Source of the DNA: an archaeon
GTDB lineage: Archaea; Iainarchaeota; Iainarchaeia; Iainarchaeales; 1-14-0-10-31-34
DNA length: 32,248 nt
Assembly: GCA_043819075.1 (NCBI GenBank)
Contig: JBDRFE010000032.1
Coordinates: 1 to 32,248, forward strand
Direction of reading: 5' to 3'
Shown: piece by piece, positions 16,412-25,128 of the stretch
How positions within the stretch are numbered: position 1 is the stretch's first letter
Layout: the number at the start of each line of letters is the position of its first letter
Program-made: the position numbers and the translations under genes
Notes under the pieces: generated by a model
What the model saw: only the letters and a program-made list of their open reading frames with translations
What the model was told of the DNA's origin: nothing
The model's database searches: none

Positions 16412-16455
16412 AATACAAAAATTAGGAGAAAATGAATAAAAAGCGTTGTTGAAAG

Positions 16456-16767
16456 TCAGGTTCTCTTTACAGTTTTTTTAGTTATAACCTTTAAACCCCT
16501 TGTATCCTGGCTGACAGTTCCACCTGCTCTTTTGAAAACATCTCTTGCAAGTACCCTGTCCCTATGCTTGATTTCTTCTGGAGAAACAACTTTTAATCCT
16601 GTTGAAATCGGCCTGTCAACTAAAACACCTGAAGGAAACTTTGCTCTTCTTTGATTAACCACGCTTGTTTTTGTCTTTGACTGGGAATGAATAAAAGTTC
16701 CAGTTGAATCCGCCATCTTAACTATTCTGGCTTTTCTGACAAATCTTCTTGGTTTTCGTGCAGGCAT
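16456..16767 (-). CDS. Basic hypothetical protein (MPARKPRRF...)
   Basis: AGGTGA SD before ATG 16767; open to TGA at 16456. Confidence 0.65.
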   Translation of the reverse strand: MPARKPRRFVRKARIVKMADSTGTFIHSQSKTKTSVVNQRRAKFPSGVLVDRPISTGLKVVSPEEIKHRDRVLARDVFKRAGGTVSQDTRGLKVITKKTVKRT

Positions 16768-16810
16768 GCAATCACCTGATTTAATAGCACAGTGGTTATA
16801 TAAAAAGCTT

Positions 16811-17887
16811 TCATATTTCAGTGATTTTGTTTGGCGCAATTGAAAGCCTTTTGAAACCGGTTTTAGTGATTAAATAATTGTCTTCAATTCTTATTCCGCC
16901 TGATTTTTTATTATAGTAACCTGGCTCGATTGTAACAACCATGTTTTCTTTAAGCAAAGTTTTTTCTCCGAAGTTTTTTTTCGGAAAATCATGCACTTCT
17001 AATCCAATGCCATGGCCAATGTCATGCAATAGTTTCTGGTCCAAGTTTTTTTGAATGAATTTGTCTGCAGCATTAAATGCATCAGCGTAATCTTTTCCCT
17101 GCCCTAACTCTTTTTCTGCAAGAGATTTAGCTGAATTAACCTGAGAATACAGTTCAGCTAATTTTTTCGGGGTTTTGCCTGAAAAAAACATTCGCGTTAA
17201 ATCAGAGCAATAGCCTTTAAATTTCACTCCAAAGTCAATCAGGATTAACTCGTTTTTCATGATTTTCTTGTTTGAAGTATTATGATGGGGCACAGCAGAA
17301 TTTTTTCCTGATGCAACAATCAAAGGAAACGCTAATTCTTCTGCACCGAATTTTTTTGCAGTGAATTCAAGTTCTGCTGCCAGTTCTAATTCAGTCATTC
17401 CGGGCTTAAACAATTTTTTCATCTGAGAAAAAGTTTTTTCAGTGATTTTGCAGGCTTGGCTGATTTTTTTTAGTTCTTCTTTTGTTTTAGTGGCACGTAG
17501 TTCCTGCAGTTGTTCTGAAACATCAATAAACTTCTTTTTTTTAATGATTTTTTTCAGTTTTTTCAGGCTGTTAATTGGCATTAAATCCATGTTCAAGCCG
17601 ATGATTTTTCCTTTAAGCTCTTTTTTCAGGATTTCAATGAATTGTTTTGAATCAGAAGCGGTTTTAACTGAATAGTTTTTTGATGCAGGAATTCCGGCTC
17701 CTTCAAGAGCAGAAGAAATTATTAATGGTTTTTTGTTTTTGTTCAGAATTAAGAAATTGTTTTCGTATTTTTCTCTTGAAAGCCCTGTAAAAAAATAAAA
17801 GTTCGGGTCAGAGAAATTGCCGTGATTCCTGAGCAAAACCGATTCAGTTTTTGTTTTGGAAAAAAGTTGTTTTGCTTTGTTTTGCAT
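16811..17887 (-). CDS. Xaa-Pro peptidase (M24B, prolidase/aminopeptidase P)
   Basis: PHH, IDFG...GYCSDLTR, GHGIGLEVHD, TIEPG.Y, GIRIED. Confidence 0.95.
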   Translation of the reverse strand: MQNKAKQLFSKTKTESVLLRNHGNFSDPNFYFFTGLSREKYENNFLILNKNKKPLIISSALEGAGIPASKNYSVKTASDSKQFIEILKKELKGKIIGLNMDLMPINSLKKLKKIIKKKKFIDVSEQLQELRATKTKEELKKISQACKITEKTFSQMKKLFKPGMTELELAAELEFTAKKFGAEELAFPLIVASGKNSAVPHHNTSNKKIMKNELILIDFGVKFKGYCSDLTRMFFSGKTPKKLAELYSQVNSAKSLAEKELGQGKDYADAFNAADKFIQKNLDQKLLHDIGHGIGLEVHDFPKKNFGEKTLLKENMVVTIEPGYYNKKSGGIRIEDNYLITKTGFKRLSIAPNKITEI

Positions 17888-17907
17888 TCAGTTTTGCCCC
17901 AAAAAAC

Positions 17908-18072
17908 TTATTTTCTTTTCACCATCGGAAGCCCTGTTTTCTGGTTTTCCACTACATCAAATCCTTCCGGAAGGTCAATTGAATCTTCTTCTTTTTTTGA
18001 AAAAAAGTATAATTTGCCTCTTGAATGAAGATAATATGTTATTTCTCTGCTGTTTTTATGGCTGTAACCCAT
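17908..18072 (-). CDS. 54-aa small protein (MGYSHKNSREITYYLHSRGKLYFFSKKEEDSIDLPEGFDVVENQKTGLPMVKRK), not in the ORF track
   Basis: AGGTGA SD; TAA at 17908; resembles a small family I recall from DPANN/CPR genomes (YYLH...YFFSK...IDLP.G..VVEN..TGLP). Confidence 0.75.
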   Translation of the reverse strand: MGYSHKNSREITYYLHSRGKLYFFSKKEEDSIDLPEGFDVVENQKTGLPMVKRK

Positions 18073-18144
18073 TAAATCACCTGTCCATTATGCTGTAATG
18101 CAGGAGGTTTTTTTAAAGCTTTCTTCTTTTTTTTAAAAGGCTGC

Positions 18145-19209
18145 ATGAAAAAAATAAAAGAATTCAATGAATTAATTTTGAAAACAAAAAACAAAAGGAC
18201 TGCAATAATTCATGACACTGACCCAGATGGATTATGCTCTGCAGTAATTTCTTGCATTGCATTGCAGAGAATTACTGGAAGAAAGCCATTGCTTTTGCAC
18301 CAGAATCCAGGCGAAATTGCCTTGACCGAGCATTCAATTGAATTGCTGAAAGAAAATTTTATTGAATTTGTTGTGACAGTTGACTTAAGCGTTGACCAGA
18401 AACCAGAGCCAATAAAAGAAATAGAGGGTTTTGCAGAAATTCTTGTATTAGACCATCATAAGACTTACAATGAAATTAATTCTGAAAAGACTTTGATGGT
18501 TAAAAGCCAGGATTTAACCGGAAAAGAAGGAAGCAGTTATCCTGTCTCAAAGCTTGCATTTGACTTGTTTTCAGGTTTAACTGATTTAAGGGACTTGGAC
18601 TGGATTGCATGCATTGGATTGTTAGGCGATAATGCTTATTTTGAGTGGAAAGATTTTGTTGATTCTGGGATGAAAAAATACAATCAGGGAACTGAAATCA
18701 GGAAAAGCACTTTGTTTAAGGTAACACAATTAATTGAAGCAATTGAGACAATGGATTACAGCAAATTAAAGGACTTAATTCAGGTAATGCTTGCTGCAAA
18801 AAAACCTGAAGATGTGCTGAAAAAAGACTTTTTGATTGAATTAGAGGAACTGGAAAAAGAAGTTGTTTTCTGGGAAAAAAAGTTTGAAAAAGAAAAAAAA
18901 GTGTTTCCGGAAAAACAGCTGGTTTACTTTGAAATTTTTCCCAAGCATTCAGTTAAGTCTGTTTTGATTAACAGGGTTTCAGATAAAATGAAGAATATGA
19001 CTGTAATAATAGTGCAGGATTTTAATGAAGAGCATGTTTATTTGAGTGCAAGAAGGCAGGATCTTAAAGTTAAAGTCAACGACTTGCTTGAAAAAAGCAT
19101 TAAAGGCATTCCTGATTCTTTTGCCGGAGGACACGCCCCTGCTGCAGGCGGAAGAATACCAAAAAAATACCTGAATAAATTCAAAAAACAGCTGGTTGAA
19201 TCTGCATAA
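18145..19209 (+). CDS. DHH/DHHA1 family phosphoesterase (RecJ/NrnA-like)
   Basis: HDTDPDG, LDHH, LSARR, AGGHAPAAGG. Confidence 0.92.
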   Translation: MKKIKEFNELILKTKNKRTAIIHDTDPDGLCSAVISCIALQRITGRKPLLLHQNPGEIALTEHSIELLKENFIEFVVTVDLSVDQKPEPIKEIEGFAEILVLDHHKTYNEINSEKTLMVKSQDLTGKEGSSYPVSKLAFDLFSGLTDLRDLDWIACIGLLGDNAYFEWKDFVDSGMKKYNQGTEIRKSTLFKVTQLIEAIETMDYSKLKDLIQVMLAAKKPEDVLKKDFLIELEELEKEVVFWEKKFEKEKKVFPEKQLVYFEIFPKHSVKSVLINRVSDKMKNMTVIIVQDFNEEHVYLSARRQDLKVKVNDLLEKSIKGIPDSFAGGHAPAAGGRIPKKYLNKFKKQLVESA

Positions 19210-19222
19210 AAAGGGTAAAAAA

Positions 19223-20442
19223 ATGTCTTTCATAGAAAGCAAGGTTTTTTAAACTAAAAAAGATTTAGTAATTATAAAAGATATTAAGGGGTGATTGAAT
19301 GATGAAGAAGATTGTGATTTTTACGTTTTTAGTTGTTCTGGTTATTGCTTTTACTGGTTGTACTGAAACTACCACAAAACCAAAAGCAAAAGATAGTGGA
19401 AATGGAGAAACACCTTCAGAGGAGACAATTCAACAGATTCTTGCTAAAGCAAAAGAACCAAAAAATATGGAATGTGAGCTGGTTATGACACGAAATGGAA
19501 CCCCTATTGAATCTAACATGAAAGTTTATTTGAAAGGTGAAAAATATGTAAGTGAAATAAAAACTGGAGACGTTTTAGTTAAACAAATTTATGATGGAAA
19601 AAAAGTTTATACTTATTCTCCTGTTTATTCAGAGTTTTATTGTGAATCAGATTTTCCATCTTATGCATCTCCTTCAGACTCTATGGGTTTTGAATATATG
19701 GCAGAAAAAGCTTTAGAAGATCCTAATCTTAAAGAATTTGGAAAAGAAACTATTGATGGAATAAAAACCAGAGTTATAGAATTCAGTTATGAAGATTTCG
19801 CAAAACATCAAGTAAAAGCTTGGATTTCAGAAGAACATGGAATTGTAATAAAATCTGAAGATAAAAAAGAACTTCTTAGTGGACAAGGCAGTTACACTGA
19901 GGTTCAAGAATTGAAAAACATTAAATTCAATTCAGTTCAAGATTCAATGTTTGAAGTTCCTGCAGACAAAATCAAACCTCTTGAAGAATGTTAGGATAAA
20001 GGCGATTAGAATTTTTTTAGACAAGCTTTTAGGCAAAGTTCCTGATAAAAGTGTTTTGTATAAAGACGAGGCTTTTTATTTTGCGGGATACATAGATGAA
20101 AAAAAGGATGCAAGAAGACTGATAAGTGTTTTTCAAAAATGGTTAAGACTTGAAAATTCCAAAGCACAGTTTTTTATTGAACCTGAAGATACTTCTTTGA
20201 CTGCTAAAGCAAAACAATATTTTTTGGGGCCAGTGCTTTCAGCAATCCTTATAATCTTCTTTGCAGTTGTGTTGATTGACGTTTTTGTATTAGCTCCAAT
20301 GTATGGAGCAAAATAGACTGTTGAAAGAATGTTTTTGTACATATTTGCCTTTGAAGGATTTTTTGGATTACTTTTTGTTTTAGGAATAATTGGTTCAATA
20401 ATAGGTTTAATTTACAAATACAGAAAGAAAAAGAAGCAGTGA
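19223..20442 (+). pseudogene. Membrane-protein gene split by an insertion (5' part 19223-19244, 3' part 19999-20442) with an internal TAG at 20314-20316
   Basis: ATGTCTTTCATAGAAAGCAAG joins in frame through a shared AAGG to GCGATTAGAATT...; after the TAG the frame continues for 41 more codons encoding a second TM helix and basic tail. Confidence 0.65.
19299..19994 (+). CDS. Lipoprotein, LolA-like/DUF4412-like beta fold
   Basis: Lipobox AFTGC; G.ETIDG..T.VIE and KAWISEEHGIVIK...ELKNIKF....DSMFEVP patterns; GGGGTGA SD. Confidence 0.85.
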   Translation: MMKKIVIFTFLVVLVIAFTGCTETTTKPKAKDSGNGETPSEETIQQILAKAKEPKNMECELVMTRNGTPIESNMKVYLKGEKYVSEIKTGDVLVKQIYDGKKVYTYSPVYSEFYCESDFPSYASPSDSMGFEYMAEKALEDPNLKEFGKETIDGIKTRVIEFSYEDFAKHQVKAWISEEHGIVIKSEDKKELLSGQGSYTEVQELKNIKFNSVQDSMFEVPADKIKPLEEC

Positions 20443-20450
20443 AATGGATT

Positions 20451-20834
20451 TTATTCCATTCCCTTCATTTCAGAATCAATTCTTGTTACTTTGTTGATTT
20501 TTTCTTCAACATTTTTCATTTCTGATTCAACTTTTGTCTTATGTGTGTTTAACTGTGATTCTTTTAAAATCAGTTTTGAAATCCTGTCCCTTAACTGGTT
20601 TTCCTGGTTTTGGGTGTCATTAAAATCTAATGCAAGCAGGTAAAGCTCTCTTTCCATTTGTTTTTTATGGCTTTTAAGCATTTCAAGCTGCTGTTCTATT
20701 TCCCTTAAAGCAGATGAAAGAAATTCTTTGTTTGGTTTTTCCTGTCGGGCAACTGCTTTAATTGTTGTTACCTTCACAGGCTTTTTTGTTTTTTTAGAAG
20801 TTTTTGGAGCTTTTTTCTTTTTAACTTTAGCCAT
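20451..20834 (-). CDS. Coiled-coil protein with Lys-rich N-terminus
   Basis: Heptad repeats; AGGTGA SD. Confidence 0.75.
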   Translation of the reverse strand: MAKVKKKKAPKTSKKTKKPVKVTTIKAVARQEKPNKEFLSSALREIEQQLEMLKSHKKQMERELYLLALDFNDTQNQENQLRDRISKLILKESQLNTHKTKVESEMKNVEEKINKVTRIDSEMKGME

Positions 20835-20906
20835 TCATTCACCTGCTATTATTGTTTTATTATCATAGAATATATTTATTCTCTTTTATAAATCTTTGTT
20901 TTTTGG

Positions 20907-21830
20907 TTATTTTTCTTTTAATTTAGCCATTATCTGGCTTTTCCCTTCTTCAAATGCTTTGCTGCTTATTACCCCTAATTCAAGTGATTTTTTAAGGAGT
21001 TCAAGCTTTTTCATGAGTTTCTGTTTTTCTTCTTCTTTTCTCATCCCCATTACATTCTTCTTTTTTTCTGATTTCTTTTTCTCGGTTTTTTCAGTTTCTT
21101 TTGTTTCAAGGCTTTTCCTTGTTTCTTCTGCTATTTTTCTTGCTTCTTCTCTCACTAACTGGGCAAGGCTTTTCTTTAATTCTTTTACATCCAAAACCTG
21201 TTTTTGTGTCTGGACAACTATTTTTTCTGTTAAAGGCTTGGCTGATGGTTTTGCTGTTGCAGCTGAAACTGTTTTTTTTCCAAGGAATTTTTCTAGTGAA
21301 AGCCTCTGGTCTACGGCTCCTTCAGCCATAACTGAAATGTCATCCGAGGTTTCGTTTGAAATATTAATGAATATTCCTTTGATTCCCTTTGCTTTAAGGA
21401 TTTCAGTGAACTTGCTTATAAAAGAACTTATTTCTTGTTTTGAAAGCAGCAATGAAAGGAATGTAACTGAATCAAAAACAAATACTTGCGGCAAAAAATT
21501 TTTTACTGCAAAAGAAATTGCTTCTTTTAATGAATCAAGCTTCCATTGCGGTTCAAAGCATTTAATGTTTGGTGAAAGGGTTTCATCTTTTATTCCGCTT
21601 AAAACCATAATATTTTGTGTGCTGATTTTTTTGCCCTTGAGCTCTTGAAGCAGTTTTTCCCCGCTTCTTGCAGCGCTTATAACACAGATTTTTGAATTAG
21701 TTTTCTGCAGCAAAGGAATTACCTGTGAAAGGCATAAAGGGTATTCAGTGCTTTTTACGTCAACCAAAAAGTAATCTGTTTTTTGTGTTAAAGGAAACTC
21801 TGATTCCAGTTTTTCAATTAATTTATTCAT
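20907..21830 (-). CDS. Degenerate KaiC/RecA-superfamily (FlaH-like) domain + charged linker + C-terminal SHOCT-like motif
   Basis: Walker-B-like VFVFDSVT with no Walker A; KKLELLKKSLELGVISSKAFEEGKSQI. Confidence 0.6.
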   Translation of the reverse strand: MNKLIEKLESEFPLTQKTDYFLVDVKSTEYPLCLSQVIPLLQKTNSKICVISAARSGEKLLQELKGKKISTQNIMVLSGIKDETLSPNIKCFEPQWKLDSLKEAISFAVKNFLPQVFVFDSVTFLSLLLSKQEISSFISKFTEILKAKGIKGIFINISNETSDDISVMAEGAVDQRLSLEKFLGKKTVSAATAKPSAKPLTEKIVVQTQKQVLDVKELKKSLAQLVREEARKIAEETRKSLETKETEKTEKKKSEKKKNVMGMRKEEEKQKLMKKLELLKKSLELGVISSKAFEEGKSQIMAKLKEK

Positions 21831-21834
21831 GTAA

Positions 21835-22407
21835 TCACTGTTTCATTAATTCCATTGGAATAAAAAATTTCATTTCTCCTTTAATGTCTGTTCCGCCGAC
21901 AACCAAAGAGAATTCAAAAAACCTTCCTTCACCTGAAAGATTTCCTGCAATAAACTCGTTTTCAAAGTCGCTGAAAGAAAAAACAATTTCTGGTTCAGTC
22001 AGAGAAAGCGTTGTAGTGGTAATAGAGTTAAGCGAGTTAATGCTTGCCTTAAACAGGTTTGTTGAAACGTCTTTTAATGGAATAATTTCCTGTGAAGACA
22101 AAAGTTTTGTTGAGCCAAAAGAAGCTCCTTTAATCAGGTCAGCCATTTTAAAAGCGTTTTCTTTGCTGAAAGAAATTACTGCTTTCAGTTTATTGTTTTC
22201 TGCTTTTATTTCAGAGAAAACAAGCACTCTTGTTTCCTGTTTTTTTGGCTTAAGCAAATGAATTGACTCTGCTTTAATGTGAGTGATTTCTTTCACCTTT
22301 AAGTCTATTTCATTGAATATCTGGCTTAAGTTAAAGTCAATTGCTTTTGCAATGCTTTCAGCCAGTTCTTTTTCCTGCATTAATTTTAACCTCTTTTCAT
22401 CAGCCAC
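21835..22407 (-). CDS. CheC/CheX-fold protein, degenerate
   Basis: ..ISFSKENAFKMADLIKG.....KLLS....IPLKDVSTNL..ASINSL......LSLTEPEI...IKGEMKFFIP parallels CheC; the E-x-x-N catalytic motifs are not intact; GTG start. Confidence 0.6.
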   Translation of the reverse strand: MADEKRLKLMQEKELAESIAKAIDFNLSQIFNEIDLKVKEITHIKAESIHLLKPKKQETRVLVFSEIKAENNKLKAVISFSKENAFKMADLIKGASFGSTKLLSSQEIIPLKDVSTNLFKASINSLNSITTTTLSLTEPEIVFSFSDFENEFIAGNLSGEGRFFEFSLVVGGTDIKGEMKFFIPMELMKQ

Positions 22408-22505
22408 TTTAATAAGCTCTTTAAATAAATGAGTTTTCCTCTTAAAAAAGTTTGCTTAGCCAGCACTGTTTTTTAATTATTTTCAGCTTAATTTAATAAG
22501 ATTTC

Positions 22506-23084
22506 ATGAAAGAACACCAAAGAAAGCAGTTTAAGGAAAAAAGGGATTTGCTTAGCTTAGAAGAAATAATGGATAAAAGCAATAAAATAAAAGAAAACTT
22601 TTTTTCTTTGAAGGAAGTGTGGAAGGCAGAAAAAATAATGATTTATGTTTCGTTTAAGTCAGAGGCAAGGACAAGAGAAATAATTTTGGATTTGCTTAAA
22701 AGAAAGAAAACTGTTGTTGTGCCGGTAATTGACTTAAAAAAAGAGAAAATTTATTTAAGCAGGCTGAAAGACTTTCAAAAAGAATTAATTCCAGGCAAGC
22801 TCGGCATATTCCAGCCATTAAAAGAGTTTTTCAGGTCGTTTAATCCAAAAGAACTTGATTTAGTGGTTGTTCCGGGAATTGCTTTTGATGAAAAAGGCAA
22901 CAGGATTGGATTCGGCAAAGGCTATTATGATAAATTTCTTTTAAGCCTGCCGAAAAAAGTGCATGTAATTGGCCTGGCTTTTGAAGAGCAAATCGGAGAA
23001 AAGCTTGCGTGCAAAAAACATGATGTTGTAATGCACAAAATTGTAACAGAAAAAAGAGTGATTAACTGCAAAAAAATTATTTAA
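22506..23084 (+). CDS. 5-formyltetrahydrofolate cyclo-ligase
   Basis: YVSFKSE, DLVVVPGIAFDEKGNRIGFGKGYYDK, HDV.M..IVTE. Confidence 0.96.
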   Translation: MKEHQRKQFKEKRDLLSLEEIMDKSNKIKENFFSLKEVWKAEKIMIYVSFKSEARTREIILDLLKRKKTVVVPVIDLKKEKIYLSRLKDFQKELIPGKLGIFQPLKEFFRSFNPKELDLVVVPGIAFDEKGNRIGFGKGYYDKFLLSLPKKVHVIGLAFEEQIGEKLACKKHDVVMHKIVTEKRVINCKKII

Positions 23085-23937
23085 GCCTTGAAACCAGTTC
23101 AGTGCAATGCAATAAGTTATGCAGGAAAATTTCTTCCACGTTAAGGTTCAGGGAAAGGGAAAGATTTTCTTCTTTTACAAAATCGTTTATTTCAAGCCAG
23201 ATTTTTTCAGCGATTTCAACTGAATTAAAAACAATTTTTTCTTCCTCGCCAAAAAGCTTTTTTTCTGTTTCATCAGGCATTTCAACTCCAAGCCACCTCA
23301 AAAAATAGAGTTCGTTGACACCTGAAACAGGGCAGAAACTCAAAAAAATTTCTGACGGCAAAACATTTTTTTCTTTGCATAATTCACTGTAATCTTTTAA
23401 TGCATTCATTGTGTTCTGTGATTCAAACAATAATTGAGAAGTAAAAAAGTCTGCGCCGGAAAGAGTTTTTGAAAGCATTCTTTCTGCTTCGTTTTCCCTT
23501 GAAGGAATCATAATGTTTCCAATCCTGATTCCCTTGATTTTTTTTGCGTGAGTGTTTGCCTGTGCAACTGAAGGGCCTGGATAAGAAAAGTGGTCAGAAT
23601 TTGCCCCGACAAAAACAAAATCTTTTATGCCTAATTCTTTGATGCTTTTGTTTAGCCAGTCTTGGAGTTCCTGTAATCCATTACAGTAAGTCACAACCTT
23701 ATTTACCACAACTTTTTTTCCTGTTAATTCGTTTAATTTTTTTGCAAAAGTTCTTGCAGAAATATTCCTGTAATAAGGCTTTCCGACACGGTTTTCTTCT
23801 ATTATTTCAGGAACATTAATTAAATCAATTTCTTTCATTTCATTTACTGCATTAGACACATCTGAAAGGACTTTTTCTTTGTATTTTTCCGATGTCATCC
23901 TGCTCGGAGGCACTATTTCAAGCATTAATTCATTCAT
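23077..23937 (-). CDS. Methylenetetrahydrofolate reductase, mycobacterial (Rv2172c/Mfr)-like type
   Basis: LEIVPP, INVPEIIEE, GNIMIPSRENEAERM..K...GADFFTSQLLF, LSF.P...FLRWLG; directly downstream of the MetE halves. Confidence 0.8.
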   Translation of the reverse strand: MNELMLEIVPPSRMTSEKYKEKVLSDVSNAVNEMKEIDLINVPEIIEENRVGKPYYRNISARTFAKKLNELTGKKVVVNKVVTYCNGLQELQDWLNKSIKELGIKDFVFVGANSDHFSYPGPSVAQANTHAKKIKGIRIGNIMIPSRENEAERMLSKTLSGADFFTSQLLFESQNTMNALKDYSELCKEKNVLPSEIFLSFCPVSGVNELYFLRWLGVEMPDETEKKLFGEEEKIVFNSVEIAEKIWLEINDFVKEENLSLSLNLNVEEIFLHNLLHCTELVSRLK

Positions 23938-23945
23938 TCAATCAC

Positions 23946-25127
23946 TCAGGTTAATTCTTTTCTCGCAAGCCCTGCTCCTTTAACCATGTTTTCAAGTTTT
24001 TTGAAAGCAATATCCCATTTTCTTGTCCTTAACCCGCAGTCAGGGTTAACCTGCACTTTTTCCGGGTTGCCGACTAACTTGTTAATAAACAAAATTCTTT
24101 CTTTTATTGTTTCAGGTTCTTCAATTAAGTCAGTGTGAATATCAATTAATCCTGCGCCAATGTTTACATTCATGCTGTATTCCTTGAATAAATTGATTAT
24201 TTTGAATGCTTCTTCGTTGATTTGTTTTGTGTTAAAGCTTTTTCCAGCCGCATGATTAGTGCATTCAATTAAGTAACTGTCTGCAGTGCATTCAGCTAAT
24301 TCAGGAAACAAGGCAGAGTAATTGCTGAAACACAAATGAACTGCTTTTTCAACTTCTTTTGGAACGCCTTTAAATGATTCATTTATTCCCTGAACAACTA
24401 ATTCAGCTTCTTCTTCTTTTGTTGTTGCCGCAGGCTCATCCAACTGGATTACTTTTGCTCCTGCTTTAACGTATTCTTTTACAATCGGATTCAAAACATT
24501 TCTTGCAAAATCAATTACCGCGTCTTTTCTTGCATGCCTTATTGCCTGAATTCCTTTAAAGCCTTTTTTTTCCTGTTCTTTGGCGTAAAATTCAGTGTAA
24601 GACCAGTCAGTCATAGTGTAAGGGCCTGTAAGACAGGGCTTAACTGTTTTTACAGCAATTTTTTTTGTGAAATCAAATTCTTTTTTAAACCAGTTAATTC
24701 CTTCTTCATTAATTGAAATTTTGCCTTCAAGTATTCCTTTGCGGAAATAGTTTGCATCAAAAGAATTCACAAACCCTGCTGTTTTAATGCCGTTAACTTT
24801 TTTTGCCAAAGCATCATACATTTCTGTTCTCGGCTGTTCGCCGTTAAACACTCTGTCTAATCCGGCTTTTTCAAGCATTTTAACCACAAAAATAGTTGAA
24901 ATGTCAATTATTCTCTGCTTTTCTTCTTCAGTCCTTTCAGAACCGTTTTTTTGGAGCAAACCGGTTTTTTTTTCGTTGGCTAACTCTGCTTTTTCTTTTA
25001 CCCCGAATTTTTCTCCCCAGAATAATGCGTCTTTAATCCATGCATTGTTTTTTTCTGCGTTAAGTTTCTGCCTCCAGATTGGCCTCTGGATGCTGCCTAT
25101 TTCCTGTGTCAAAAAAATTTCCTGCAT
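23946..25127 (-). CDS. Cobalamin-independent methionine synthase, catalytic (C-terminal) half
   Basis: TQEIGS..RP, GEQPRTEM, TGPYTMTDWS, IQLDEPA, Zn ligands HLC, E and NPDCGL; start ATG 25127, 1 nt after the upstream stop. Confidence 0.92.
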   Translation of the reverse strand: MQEIFLTQEIGSIQRPIWRQKLNAEKNNAWIKDALFWGEKFGVKEKAELANEKKTGLLQKNGSERTEEEKQRIIDISTIFVVKMLEKAGLDRVFNGEQPRTEMYDALAKKVNGIKTAGFVNSFDANYFRKGILEGKISINEEGINWFKKEFDFTKKIAVKTVKPCLTGPYTMTDWSYTEFYAKEQEKKGFKGIQAIRHARKDAVIDFARNVLNPIVKEYVKAGAKVIQLDEPAATTKEEEAELVVQGINESFKGVPKEVEKAVHLCFSNYSALFPELAECTADSYLIECTNHAAGKSFNTKQINEEAFKIINLFKEYSMNVNIGAGLIDIHTDLIEEPETIKERILFINKLVGNPEKVQVNPDCGLRTRKWDIAFKKLENMVKGAGLARKELT

Positions 25128-25128
25128 T

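Noticed and set aside
19951..20316. Stand-alone 121-aa gene with TTG start
   Set aside because: The start lies inside the lipoprotein gene without an SD; better explained as the 3' part of an interrupted gene.
20896..21648. 250-aa ORF on +
   Set aside because: Antisense shadow of the KaiC-like gene; Ser/Phe-rich with no motifs.
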